Shown: in pieces, positions 40,940-49,772 of the stretch
Layout of the letters: each line of letters starts with the position of its first letter
Position numbering within the stretch: the stretch's first letter is position 1
NCBI GenBank assembly: GCA_035623855.1
Contig: DASPSQ010000009.1
Span: forward strand, 26,413 to 90,412
Length of the DNA stretch: 64,000 nucleotides
Origin: Thermoplasmata archaeon
GTDB taxonomy: Archaea > Thermoplasmatota > Thermoplasmata > Lutacidiplasmatales > UBA184
Direction of reading: 5' to 3'
Position numbers and translations under genes: made by a program
The notes under the pieces: model-generated
What the model was told of the DNA's origin: nothing
Database searches by the model: none
The model's input: the letters and a program-made list of their open reading frames with translations, nothing else

Positions 40940-41464
40940 TTAGGGAGGCCGCCTGTTCTTCGTGGACCGCTGGGCTCTGATCGGTCGACCTAGGATCCAT
41001 GCGCGATCAACGTACCGCATCGATCGGTACAGCCTGATCGCGGGCCGGTTCCTCGGCTGAACCTCTAGCCGGATCCAGTTGTATCCTCGCTGTTGGAACC
41101 GGCGCTCCACTTCCTCGAGGAGTCGACTTCCGACCCCGTGTCTCCGGAACCCCGGCGAAACATAGAGTTCGTAGATGATGCAAGGGCGGGCCCCTCGAAC
41201 GACCACCATGCGTTCGGCGGGCGAAAGAGGTGCCGGCAAGCCCACGACGAACCCGGCGGGTCGTCCACGACCGGCCTCCGCGAGCAGGAAAAGGCCCCGT
41301 CGTATTCGAGTTTGGCGAAGCAGCGACCGAGCGTAGGTGCCGCCAAAACCCGAGGCCGGGCGGTGCCGCAGTTGAGGGTCGAGGCGTGCCGCCTCGCGTG
41401 CATAGCTCACGCAGGATCGAGCCACGAAGGGGAAGTCGTTCGGGCGGTAAGGACGGATCTGCAC
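40940..41464 (-). CDS. GNAT-family N-acetyltransferase
   Basis: 174 aa. YVSPGFRRHGVGSRLLEEV matches GNAT motif A. Confidence 0.65.
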   Translation of the reverse strand: MQIRPYRPNDFPFVARSCVSYAREAARLDPQLRHRPASGFGGTYARSLLRQTRIRRGLFLLAEAGRGRPAGFVVGLPAPLSPAERMVVVRGARPCIIYELYVSPGFRRHGVGSRLLEEVERRFQQRGYNWIRLEVQPRNRPAIRLYRSMRYVDRAWILGRPIRAQRSTKNRRPP

Positions 41465-41593
41465 GGTCGCTCGGTAGCCTCGGATAGACCGCCATCAGGA
41501 AAAAGCACCCGATTTCCGTGCATGTATGGTAGTAGAGCGAACCTCGGCTGCCCGGGTCCGTCGGCACGCGTTTCTCACGGCTTGGGACTCGCA

Positions 41594-41626
41594 ACTCAAA
41601 TCCCTCCCGCGCGCGACCTTCCCCGT
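41594..41626 (+). repeat. Degenerate copy R6 of tRNA-Thr 3'-end-derived repeat
   Basis: GGGACTCGCAACTCAAATCCCTCCCGCGCGCGA. Confidence 0.5.
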
Positions 41627-41682
41627 TTCGCTCCACGCGTTTAGCCGGCCGAGTGCCAGGGAGAAGGAATGGACCTTCAAGG

Positions 41683-41958
41683 TCAGGTCAGATCGCGGAG
41701 GCTCTCACGAATCTGAGTAAGGACCTCCTGCCGACGGGTCTTGGGCGCGTCCATGAACGCCTCCAGCATTCCCTCTAGGACCATCACGGAGGCCTTCTCG
41801 AGCTGGGCGTGCACCGCCAGGATCTGGCGGAGGACCTGGGTATCATCCTTGCCATCATCGACCATCCTGATGATTCCGTCGATATGGCCCTTGGCCGACA
41901 CGAGACGTTCCCGGACGGCAACCTGCGGTGACTCCGGCATTCCACCACGCCATCCCAT
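41683..41958 (-). CDS. CsoR/RcnR/FrmR-family metal-sensing transcriptional repressor (DUF156)
   Basis: 91 aa. VSAKGHIDGIIRMV...QILAVHAQLEKAS is the conserved CsoR-family helix pattern with a C-H-x-C/H-type metal-site spacing. Confidence 0.75.
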   Translation of the reverse strand: MGWRGGMPESPQVAVRERLVSAKGHIDGIIRMVDDGKDDTQVLRQILAVHAQLEKASVMVLEGMLEAFMDAPKTRRQEVLTQIRESLRDLT

Positions 41959-42028
41959 CCGGTAGCATTAATCCTTCCCCTCAAAGCACCGCTCCGCCGG
42001 AGGGCTTATAAATCCCCGCCCCCATGGT

Positions 42029-42053
42029 CCCCTATCCCCCCCCGGGGGGTAGG
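42029..42053. promoter_or_regulatory. Candidate CsoR-family operator (G/C-tract inverted repeat) overlapping the mntH start region
   Basis: TCCCCTATCCCCCCCGGGGGGTAGGGA is an AT-flanked C7/G6 inverted repeat of the type bound by CsoR/RcnR. It lies between the divergent csoR-like and mntH genes; TTATAAAT is at 42006-42013. Confidence 0.5.
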
Positions 42054-42064
42054 GACTGGCCTCC

Positions 42065-43465
42065 GTGTCAGATTCGACAGATCCTGCGGGGAGCACGGTC
42101 CGTAGTGCGACGGCGAATCCGTCCGGTGGCCGGGGGCAGATCGCAGCGGTTCAGAGGAGCGTCACGAACGCGCTCGCGCGGTCTGGCCGGATGGGGTTCG
42201 TCTCGCGGATTTACTTCCGGTACCGGCGGTTCTCGAAGCATCTTGCGATTCTTGCCGCGGTGATCGGCCCCGGTGTCATCGTGATGGTGGCCGATAACGA
42301 CGCCGGCGGGATCACGACGTACATGCTCTCTGGCGCGTACTATCGGTACAGTTTCATTTGGATCGTCTTGTTGCTCGGGCCGGTCGCGTACGTCTGCCAG
42401 GAGATGACCGTCCGACTGGGGGTCATGACCAAACGCGGTCACGCCCAAGCGATTTTCGAGGCGTTCGGCCCGTTCTGGGGATGGTTCTCGCTGAGCGACC
42501 TCACGCTCACCGATTGCCTCACCATCACGACCGAGTTCATCGGAATGACGATGGCCATGGCCGTGTTCGGAATCCCTCCCCTTTTCACCGAGATCGTCGT
42601 GATCACGTTCATCATGCTCATGCTGATCAACGGCCGGTACTGGACCTGGGAAAAGATCGTCCTCGCCATCTGCGCCGTGAACATGATCTACGTCCCGGTG
42701 GTCTTCTTCATCCATCCCAACGTCAGCGACATCTTCCGCACGGGGGTCGTCCCCGGCTTCCCCGAGGGGCTTGGCGGGCCGGTCATCTTCCTCCTCATGG
42801 CGACGATCGGAACCACGATTGCGCCCTGGATGATCTTCTTCCAGCAGAGCTCCGTGGTCGATAAGGGGCTCAAGAAGCGGGACGTTCCGTACGCCCGTTG
42901 GGACACCGCGATCGGATCGACGTTCACGGTCATCACCGCGGTCGCGCTCATCATCATCGCGACGCTCTTCTTTGGAGGGGACATGAGCCTCACCTCCGCT
43001 GGGCAGGCGGCGGGCCTGCTGATGGCGATTCACCCCTGGGTGGGCACGATCCTGGCCATCGGGCTGTTTGACGCCGGCCTCATCGGAGCATTGTCCGTCT
43101 CGTTGGCCAGCTCCTGGGCCGTGGGCGAAGTCTTCGGATGGTCCCACTCACTCAACGACCGCCTAGGGCAGGCGAAGTGGTTCAACGTGTTCCGTCTGAG
43201 CATCATGTGCATCGCCGGTAGCATCGTTCTGATTCCCGGGGCCCCGCTCGGGTTGATCACCCTCTTCGTCCAGGTCATCGCCGTGACCTTGCTGCCGGCC
43301 GCGTTGGTCTTCTTGATCGTGCTCCTGAACCAAGAGGAGCTGGTGGGAAGCTACAAGAACACGCGAGCCCAGAACATCATGGCCGGGACCATCGTTGGCG
43401 CCCTTCTAGCCCTCTCGACGCTCTATGCGGTCGGGACCATCTTACCGAAGCTGTTTGGAGGCTGA
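42065..43465 (+). CDS. mntH: Nramp-family divalent metal cation transporter
   Basis: 466 aa, ~11-12 TM. GPGVIVMVADNDAGGITTY matches the Nramp DPGN-like metal-site motif region; the MntH layout is conserved. Confidence 0.85.
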   Translation: MSDSTDPAGSTVRSATANPSGGRGQIAAVQRSVTNALARSGRMGFVSRIYFRYRRFSKHLAILAAVIGPGVIVMVADNDAGGITTYMLSGAYYRYSFIWIVLLLGPVAYVCQEMTVRLGVMTKRGHAQAIFEAFGPFWGWFSLSDLTLTDCLTITTEFIGMTMAMAVFGIPPLFTEIVVITFIMLMLINGRYWTWEKIVLAICAVNMIYVPVVFFIHPNVSDIFRTGVVPGFPEGLGGPVIFLLMATIGTTIAPWMIFFQQSSVVDKGLKKRDVPYARWDTAIGSTFTVITAVALIIIATLFFGGDMSLTSAGQAAGLLMAIHPWVGTILAIGLFDAGLIGALSVSLASSWAVGEVFGWSHSLNDRLGQAKWFNVFRLSIMCIAGSIVLIPGAPLGLITLFVQVIAVTLLPAALVFLIVLLNQEELVGSYKNTRAQNIMAGTIVGALLALSTLYAVGTILPKLFGG

Positions 43466-43471
43466 CGAAGC

Positions 43472-43645
43472 ATGACGGTGTTCCACGACGCAGCCGAGAA
43501 GCTACGCGAGATCAACCGGACCTATGCCGTCCCTCGAATTCGCATGACCGCCGGGACGAAGGCCGTCCTGATCCTCCTTCGGATCTATCTGCTCACTCTG
43601 GTGAGCTTGCTCCTCTATTCCTTGCTCACCCGTGCCGGGGTCTAG
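43472..43645 (+). CDS. Small hydrophobic ORF downstream of mntH (hypothetical, 57 aa)
   Basis: ATG 6 nt after the mntH stop. Encodes MTVFHDAAEKLREINRTYAVPRIRMTAGTKAVLILLRIYLLTLVSLLLYSLLTRAGV, with one predicted TM helix. It falls below the 60-aa cutoff of the supplied ORF track. Confidence 0.3.
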   Translation: MTVFHDAAEKLREINRTYAVPRIRMTAGTKAVLILLRIYLLTLVSLLLYSLLTRAGV

Positions 43646-43685
43646 GGAGGGGGGCGAGGGTGGCGCGCCGGAGGTCGCGTGGAAA

Positions 43686-45053
43686 ATGATTTCGTCCAAC
43701 GATCCCGAGAGGAAGACCGCGCCCCCAAGGGGGGCGAATGGGGGTAGTCCGGCAAGTTCGGCGGCCCGCATCCGAGAGATCGAGGAGGCCCAGTATCTCG
43801 AGGTGAGCGAGCTCGTGGATCGCAAGGTCCGAACGGAGGCCGGCGCGACGCTCGGGCGGCTCCAGGATTTCATCTTTACCGATGACCCGAAGTACGCCGA
43901 AGTGACCCACTTGGTGGTTCGCCGGGCGTTCGGCCGACCACCGTTGAAGGTGCCATGGTCCCAGGTTCTCCGCATGGACCCTTCGGAGACGGTCGCGAGG
44001 GATCTCGCCGAGGGGACCGAGTACGAGAGCATCGAAGATACCGGCGAGCTGTTGCTCCTGCGCGACCGGATTCTCGACAAACGCATTCTCGATACCCGAG
44101 GCTTGGGGATTGACGTGGTCTACGACATCCAATTGCTAAGGGCGGGCAACCAGCTCTTCATCGTGGCGGCGGTGACGGGTCCGGAGGCCCGGCGGCGTCG
44201 CCTGGGTCTCTGGGGAAAGGTCGCCGCTTCCGTATCCGAGGGCCACGTCCCCGAGGAGCGGATTCCTTGGAAGTACGTTCAGCCCATCGGCCCCGAACTC
44301 ACGAGCACCGCGGGCGACGTGCGACTCACGGTCACTCGGGAAGCTCTGGGCAGGATTCCCCCGGTCGATGTGGCCGATATCCTCGAGGAGCTCAGCCGCG
44401 AGGAGCGGCTCACCCTCTTCAACGCCCTCGACACCAGGGCAGCGGCCCTCGCCCTGGAAGCGACGGAGCCCCGGGTGCAGCGGGAGATCATTGCGGACAC
44501 CGAGGCAGCCCGGCTCGGGCAGATCATCGTTCACCTTTCCCCCGTGGAGATCGCCGACATCGTCACCATCCTCCCCGACGACGACGCCCGCGAGCTGCTG
44601 GGGATGCTGAAGGGAGAGGTCGCCACGAAGGTGCGGTCAATCGTCGAGGAGCACGAAGTGCCCGCCCTCACCCTCGCGGTCCACACGTATCTCGAGTTTC
44701 CCGGGGAGACCCCGGTCGAGGAAGCGTTCGCGAGGTTCCGTCGGGAGGCTCCGAAGTGCCTCGTTACGATGTACATCTACGTGGTCGATGCGGACCGGCA
44801 CCTTCGAGGAGTTGTCGACATCAATGAGCTCCTGCAAGCCGACCCCGTGCGGCCGCTCGAGGAAATCATGACCCAAGGACTGGTCACCGTCTCCCCGCAA
44901 ACGAGCTGGACTCAAGTGCTCGAGCTCTTCCGCAAGTACCGGTTTCGGGCGATTCCCGTGGTGGACGACTCTCGGAAGATTCTCGGAGTGATTCGCGAGA
45001 AGGACGCCTTCGTCCTCGAGGACGAGGAAGTGCGCTCGAAGCGTCGCCTCTAG
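43686..45053 (+). CDS. Soluble MgtE-N / CBS-pair domain protein with N-terminal PRC-barrel-like region (no pore domain)
   Basis: MgtE-N-like helical region (DVADILEELSREERLTLFNALD...IADIVTILPDDDARELL) followed by two CBS motifs; no TM segments. Start set at MISSND. Confidence 0.6.
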   Translation: MISSNDPERKTAPPRGANGGSPASSAARIREIEEAQYLEVSELVDRKVRTEAGATLGRLQDFIFTDDPKYAEVTHLVVRRAFGRPPLKVPWSQVLRMDPSETVARDLAEGTEYESIEDTGELLLLRDRILDKRILDTRGLGIDVVYDIQLLRAGNQLFIVAAVTGPEARRRRLGLWGKVAASVSEGHVPEERIPWKYVQPIGPELTSTAGDVRLTVTREALGRIPPVDVADILEELSREERLTLFNALDTRAAALALEATEPRVQREIIADTEAARLGQIIVHLSPVEIADIVTILPDDDARELLGMLKGEVATKVRSIVEEHEVPALTLAVHTYLEFPGETPVEEAFARFRREAPKCLVTMYIYVVDADRHLRGVVDINELLQADPVRPLEEIMTQGLVTVSPQTSWTQVLELFRKYRFRAIPVVDDSRKILGVIREKDAFVLEDEEVRSKRRL

Positions 45054-45100
45054 CGAGGCCTCTGAACCCGGACTTCATGCCCTTCCCTCGTCTCCCTTCG

Positions 45101-46726
45101 TCAACGGGTGCGGTCGGCTCGCCTCGAGCCGGCGGTCGTCGGGTTCCGTGGTCGTCGTCCGGGGCGTTCGGCCTGTCGGTCGGGGACCGGGGCCAAGGGC
45201 CCGGACTCCTGCGGTTCCCTCTTCGGGAGCAGTCGGCCACGGAGCCACAGGGCTGACAAAAAGGCCGCGAGGACGAGGAACGCGGCGGCGAGGAAGACGT
45301 CGGCGTACGAGCCCGCAAGAGCGTTCCGGAGCGCCGAAGGAATGGCCGCCCCCGAGCTCAGCTGCCGGAACCGGTCGGTCTGGTAGATCGTGAGGAGCGA
45401 GATCCCGATCGCTCCTCCCAGGCTTTGAAAGAACCGCGTCAAACCGACTGCCGCGCCGATCTCCGCCGGGGGAGCCTCGTTCTGGACGGCAACCGTCGCC
45501 CCCGCAAGGGCGAGGCCGAGGCCGAAGCCGACGGGGATCAGCGGCAGGACCAGCCCTCCGACGGGGACGAACCCGTAGGCGAGCCGCCAGAGAGGCGTTG
45601 AGGCCGTCACCGTGCCCAGGGCGAGCGCGGCCAAGCCCGAGACCAACAGCCCGGGCGCGACCATCGCGCGGTACGAGACCCGATCGAGAAGCGGTCCGGA
45701 GAGAGCCGCACCGACGATCATCGGGATTGCAAAGAAGTAGATCACGTCGCGGATCTCCGCGGCCGAACCCCCCAGCACGAGCCCGACATACAGGGAAAGG
45801 AACGTCAGGGATCCGCTGAAGACCACGCCGAGGAAGAGCATGATCGCGCTCGAGGACCCTACGACCCGTTCCCCCAGCATTCGAAGAGGGACGAGCGGCT
45901 GGGGATGACGGAGTTCCCAGAAGAGGAAGGTGAAGAACAGGGCCACGGCTGTGATGAGTAGCGCGAGGGTCGCGGGGTCCGTCCATGTCCAGCCGTCTTC
46001 CGAAATCTGGACGAGCGGGAGCATCAGCGCGGCCACCCAGGACGAAAGGAGCACGGCTCCCGGCAGATCGAACGAGCCTCGAGACTCGGGACGCAGCGGA
46101 CCCACCACCGCCCAAATGATGACGAAACCGAAGAGGCCGAAGGGGAGGTTAATGTAGAACACCCACCGCCATGTGGTCACCGACACGATGTAGCTGCCCA
46201 GGAGCGGCCCCGCTACGATCGCCACTCCGGCCGCGCCGGTCAGCGCTCCGATCACTTTGGCCCGCACTTGGGGAGGGTAGAGGAGCGCGACCATCGCGAT
46301 CGCCACCGGGAATACGGCTCCTCCACCGAACCCCTGCATACTGCGGAAGGCGATCAGCTCCCCGAGCGTCTGGCTCAAGCCGGCGAGCGCCGATCCGACG
46401 ATGAAGATCACGAGACCGACGAGAAACACGTTCCGGCGGCTCGAGATGTCCGAAAGGCGTGCGAAGATGGGAATCGCGAGGGTTGAGGCGATGAGGTATC
46501 CCCCGACGACGAACGGGGCTCCGTTGACCTGGTGCAGGCTGCTCGCGATGGTGGGGAGTACGGTCGACACGACAAGGCCGTCCATTGCACCCATCAGGAT
46601 CGCGAGGAAGACGCCGGTCAGCACGAGCGCGCTCGCGCGGGGCGAAAGTGTCGGAGAGGCCGTGGTGGCCGGACCCGTCCTGACGCCGTTCCCCGGTCGA
46701 ATTCCTGAGCGAGTCGGGTCGGTCAT
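45101..46726 (-). CDS. MFS transporter, DHA2 (EmrB/QacA) 14-TMS drug:H+ antiporter family
   Basis: 541 aa with 14 hydrophobic segments and an MFS motif A region (GxLaDrxGrR-like: LSDISSRRNVFLVG). Confidence 0.8.
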   Translation of the reverse strand: MTDPTRSGIRPGNGVRTGPATTASPTLSPRASALVLTGVFLAILMGAMDGLVVSTVLPTIASSLHQVNGAPFVVGGYLIASTLAIPIFARLSDISSRRNVFLVGLVIFIVGSALAGLSQTLGELIAFRSMQGFGGGAVFPVAIAMVALLYPPQVRAKVIGALTGAAGVAIVAGPLLGSYIVSVTTWRWVFYINLPFGLFGFVIIWAVVGPLRPESRGSFDLPGAVLLSSWVAALMLPLVQISEDGWTWTDPATLALLITAVALFFTFLFWELRHPQPLVPLRMLGERVVGSSSAIMLFLGVVFSGSLTFLSLYVGLVLGGSAAEIRDVIYFFAIPMIVGAALSGPLLDRVSYRAMVAPGLLVSGLAALALGTVTASTPLWRLAYGFVPVGGLVLPLIPVGFGLGLALAGATVAVQNEAPPAEIGAAVGLTRFFQSLGGAIGISLLTIYQTDRFRQLSSGAAIPSALRNALAGSYADVFLAAAFLVLAAFLSALWLRGRLLPKREPQESGPLAPVPDRQAERPGRRPRNPTTAGSRRADRTR

Positions 46727-46744
46727 GGTACCACCGCGTTCGAA

Positions 46745-46768
46745 TATAACTGACTACAAGTTAGTATA
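46745..46768. promoter_or_regulatory. Candidate TetR operator / divergent promoter (imperfect palindrome in AT-rich spacer)
   Basis: TATAACTGACTACAAGTTAGTATA followed by AAATCTTTAA, in the 130-bp AT-rich region between the divergently oriented MFS and TetR genes. Confidence 0.45.
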
Positions 46769-46857
46769 AAATCTTTAAGTCATTTAATGTGCGACAGGAA
46801 AGAGATTATACGCTGGGAAGGGGTTCTCCGTTCCGACGGCGAGGGCGTCGGCCGGTC

Positions 46858-47460
46858 ATGCCAAAGGTCGTTCCCGAGTACAAGGAGCAGGCCCGGGCGA
46901 GGATCGTGGAAGCGGCCGCTGCAGTGTTCAAGCGGGAGGGCTTGCCCGCCGGCACGATGGACGAAATCGCGCGTGAGATCGGAGTGAGCAAAGGGGCGCT
47001 CTACCTCTACTTCCCGACGAAGGCCCGCCTCCTCGAGGCCGTCCAAGCGAAGTATCGTGCCCAGTACATCGGAACACTCGAGAGACGGCTTGAGCACGGT
47101 GACGTGGCCGAAGGAATCGTCGACTCGATCGATGGGATCCTCTCGGGCGAGTTCGACCCGTCCGTGTTTCACCAGCTCGTGATGAGCGCCGGGACTGAAC
47201 CCGAAGTACGGGAAGCGATGCGTGCCGACGCCCGGGGGGACCGAATCGAACTTCGGAAGCTCCTGAAGCACCTCGAGGCTGAGGGACGCATCCCACGGAT
47301 GAAGGACCCGGAGGCCACGGTGGACGCGGTGATACTCCTCCTCCAAGGGACGTTCATGGGCGCGGCCCTGCGGGGCGACCCGAAGGAAAGCCGTGAGCAG
47401 CTCGTTCGCGCGCTTCGTCTGGTGCTCGGCCCTCCCTCCCGAGGTCCGAGACGAAACTGA
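46858..47460 (+). CDS. TetR/AcrR-family transcriptional regulator
   Basis: RIVEAAAAVFKREGLPAGTMDEIAREIGVSKGALYLYFPTKARLL is the TetR HTH signature. An alternative upstream start at 46789 would give an Arg-rich extension. Confidence 0.75.
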   Translation: MPKVVPEYKEQARARIVEAAAAVFKREGLPAGTMDEIAREIGVSKGALYLYFPTKARLLEAVQAKYRAQYIGTLERRLEHGDVAEGIVDSIDGILSGEFDPSVFHQLVMSAGTEPEVREAMRADARGDRIELRKLLKHLEAEGRIPRMKDPEATVDAVILLLQGTFMGAALRGDPKESREQLVRALRLVLGPPSRGPRRN

Positions 47461-47528
47461 GTCCGCGTTCGATGAGAACGGATACCCAGACGGAAGTTCC
47501 GAAGTCGGGAAAGCAGCTTCAGCGAGTG

Positions 47529-47567
47529 AGGGATTTGAACCCTCAGTTCACCTCCATTCCGCGGTTG
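47529..47567 (+). repeat. Copy R7 (last) of tRNA-Thr 3'-end-derived repeat
   Basis: GGGATTTGAACCCTCAGTTCACCTCCATTCCGCGGTTGA. Confidence 0.6.
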
Positions 47568-47686
47568 ACGTTCCTGCATTTCCTCCGAGAAACCCACCCC
47601 GAGCGGGAGTCACGCGGCAGACCCACGGCACAATCCGACGTGGCCCCGAGGGCTAATCTAATCGAGTGCGATTTTGACGCGCGGTC

Positions 47687-49681
47687 ATGGTGCGGCGTCT
47701 CGCCGCCATAATGTTCACCGATATCGCCGGCTATACCGCGACGACCCAGTCCGACGAGGCCGGAGCCCTGAGACTGCTTCGAGAACAAGAACGGCTGCTT
47801 CGGCCCCTCTTGGAAGCTCATCGAGGACGCAAGGTGAAATCGATGGGAGATGGTCTCCTCATCGAGTTCCCGGACGCCTTGGACGCCGTCCAAAGTGCCG
47901 TGGAGCTCCAGCGTCTCACCCGAGAGCGAAATGCCCAGAGAGCCACCGCGCCTCTCCGGTTGCGGGTGGGCATCCATCTGGGTGACGTCCAAGGCCGTGG
48001 GCGAGACATCCTGGGGGACGCGGTGAATATCGCATCTCGCGTGGAACCCTTGGCCGATCCGGGGGGTGTATGCCTCACAGCTCAGGTATTCGTCCAGGTT
48101 CAGAACAAAGTCCCCTACCGGTTCGACAAGCTCGGTCCGAAACAGCTCAAAGGAGTTCGGGAACCGATCGACATCTATCGCATTGTGCTCCCTTGGGCGT
48201 CCGAGCCGTCGACACCCAGTGAGCCCACCCATCCCCGCCTCGCGGTCCTTCCGCTGGCCAATATCAGCCCGGACCCCGGCGACGAGTATTTCGCGGACGG
48301 CCTCACGGAGGAGCTCATCTCGGTCCTATCTCAGGCGCGTGGGCTCCGGGTCATTGCACGGACCTCGGTGATGCCGTACAAAGCGGCCACGAAATCGATC
48401 GCTCAAATCGGGAGTGAGCTCGGTGTCGACAGCGTCTTGGAGGGCAGCGTGCGAAAAGCAGGAAACCAGTTGCGGATCTCGGTTCAGTTGATCGATGTGC
48501 GAACCCAGGAGCATCGGTGGGCGCAGTCCTACGACCGCAAGCTCGAGAACGTCTTCGCGATCCAGGCTGAGGTCGCCGAGAAAACTGCCGAAGCATTGAA
48601 GGTCGAACTCCTACGACCCGAACGGGAAGCCATCCAGGAACGGCCGACTTCGAACCTCGTCGCGTATGAATTCTATCTGCGTGGAATCGAAGAATCTCGA
48701 CGCATCGGTTCGGGCGGATCCCGGACGGAGGAGATCGGCCGACGCGCGTGGAGGTACTTCGAAGAGGCGATTCGGGAGGATCCCGAGTTCTCGGCGGCCC
48801 ACGCCTACCTCGCCAACCACCTCCTCGCGCTCATGGGAGAGGACATTCCTGCTTCCGAGGTGGTCTCGCGTATCCGAGAACTCGTGGCCCGGGCGCTCGA
48901 ACTGAACCCGGACTCCTCGGAAGCGCACACGGCGCGGGGCAACCTCGCCATGCAAGTGGACCACGACTGGGTCCGCGCAGAAGCGGAGTTTCAGCAGGCC
49001 ATCGCCCTCAACCCGAGCAGTTCGCTCGCTCATTTCTGGTATGGAAACCTGCTCCACTTTCTGCAGCGGTTTGGCGAGTGCGAGAAGCAGCACTGCATTG
49101 CGATCGAGCTGGACCCTCTCTGGGTTTTGCCCAGGGAGAACTTGGTCTGGAGCTACGCATTCTCCGGGGACTTGGAGTCCGCGATCGCCAATTGTGAGAA
49201 GGCCGCGCAGACCTTCCGAGACAGCGGCTCCGTTCGAGTCCAACTTGCATGGCTCTATGCGTTCGCTGGCCGAGCGGCCGATGCAATGGCGGTGGTCGAA
49301 CCGATGAAGGACGTCCAGGTCCCCGACGTGTGGTTCAATCCGCTGGGGGTCCTAGCCTTCCTCGGACAACGAGAAGGTGCCCGAACGCTACTCGCAGATT
49401 GGAAAGAACACCGGCTCTCCGGGTACCTCTCGTTGGGGAATGCGGCAGCTTTTTACGCTCTCGTGGGCGAAAGAAGTACCGCGCTCGAATTGTTTGAGCA
49501 GGCGAGTCTCGAGCGTGACGTCACCGTATGGGCCGGCTACCAAGCACCCTGGTTCGACTCCATTCGAGGCGATCCGCGTTTCGTTGCGATCCTCCGGTCG
49601 GCGCAGCTACCGACCTCGATATCCCGACCGTTGATGCCGGGAGTCCCGGACGCGCAGCGCGGTGTGAACGGGCCGGCGTGA
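47687..49681 (+). CDS. Class III adenylate/guanylate cyclase (CHD) - TolB-N-like domain - TPR protein
   Basis: N-terminus AAIMFTDIAGYTATTQ...VKSMGDGLLIEF...GIHLGDV matches the CHD fold. It is followed by the PRLAVLPLANISPDPGDEYFADGLTEELISVLS region and TPR-like helical repeats. Confidence 0.75.
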   Translation: MVRRLAAIMFTDIAGYTATTQSDEAGALRLLREQERLLRPLLEAHRGRKVKSMGDGLLIEFPDALDAVQSAVELQRLTRERNAQRATAPLRLRVGIHLGDVQGRGRDILGDAVNIASRVEPLADPGGVCLTAQVFVQVQNKVPYRFDKLGPKQLKGVREPIDIYRIVLPWASEPSTPSEPTHPRLAVLPLANISPDPGDEYFADGLTEELISVLSQARGLRVIARTSVMPYKAATKSIAQIGSELGVDSVLEGSVRKAGNQLRISVQLIDVRTQEHRWAQSYDRKLENVFAIQAEVAEKTAEALKVELLRPEREAIQERPTSNLVAYEFYLRGIEESRRIGSGGSRTEEIGRRAWRYFEEAIREDPEFSAAHAYLANHLLALMGEDIPASEVVSRIRELVARALELNPDSSEAHTARGNLAMQVDHDWVRAEAEFQQAIALNPSSSLAHFWYGNLLHFLQRFGECEKQHCIAIELDPLWVLPRENLVWSYAFSGDLESAIANCEKAAQTFRDSGSVRVQLAWLYAFAGRAADAMAVVEPMKDVQVPDVWFNPLGVLAFLGQREGARTLLADWKEHRLSGYLSLGNAAAFYALVGERSTALELFEQASLERDVTVWAGYQAPWFDSIRGDPRFVAILRSAQLPTSISRPLMPGVPDAQRGVNGPA

Positions 49682-49772
49682 CCAGACCAGACAATCTCAC
49701 CGTGACGAGCCGGGGATGACCACCCTGTCCACCACCGGTTCCCCGACCGCTACTCCGGGGACTCCTCCACCG

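Noticed and set aside
32083-47567. Integrase or transposase gene expected within the tRNA-associated island
   Set aside because: None of the ORFs in or flanking the array shows an R-H-R-Y tyrosine-recombinase, serine-recombinase or DDE signature. The absence is reported as a finding rather than calling a weak candidate.
32010-47567. CRISPR array interpretation of the recurring CTCCCGCGGCTG-containing repeats
   Set aside because: Spacing is irregular (0.6-6 kb), the intervening DNA is protein-coding, and the copies are degenerate. No cas genes are present. This is not a CRISPR.
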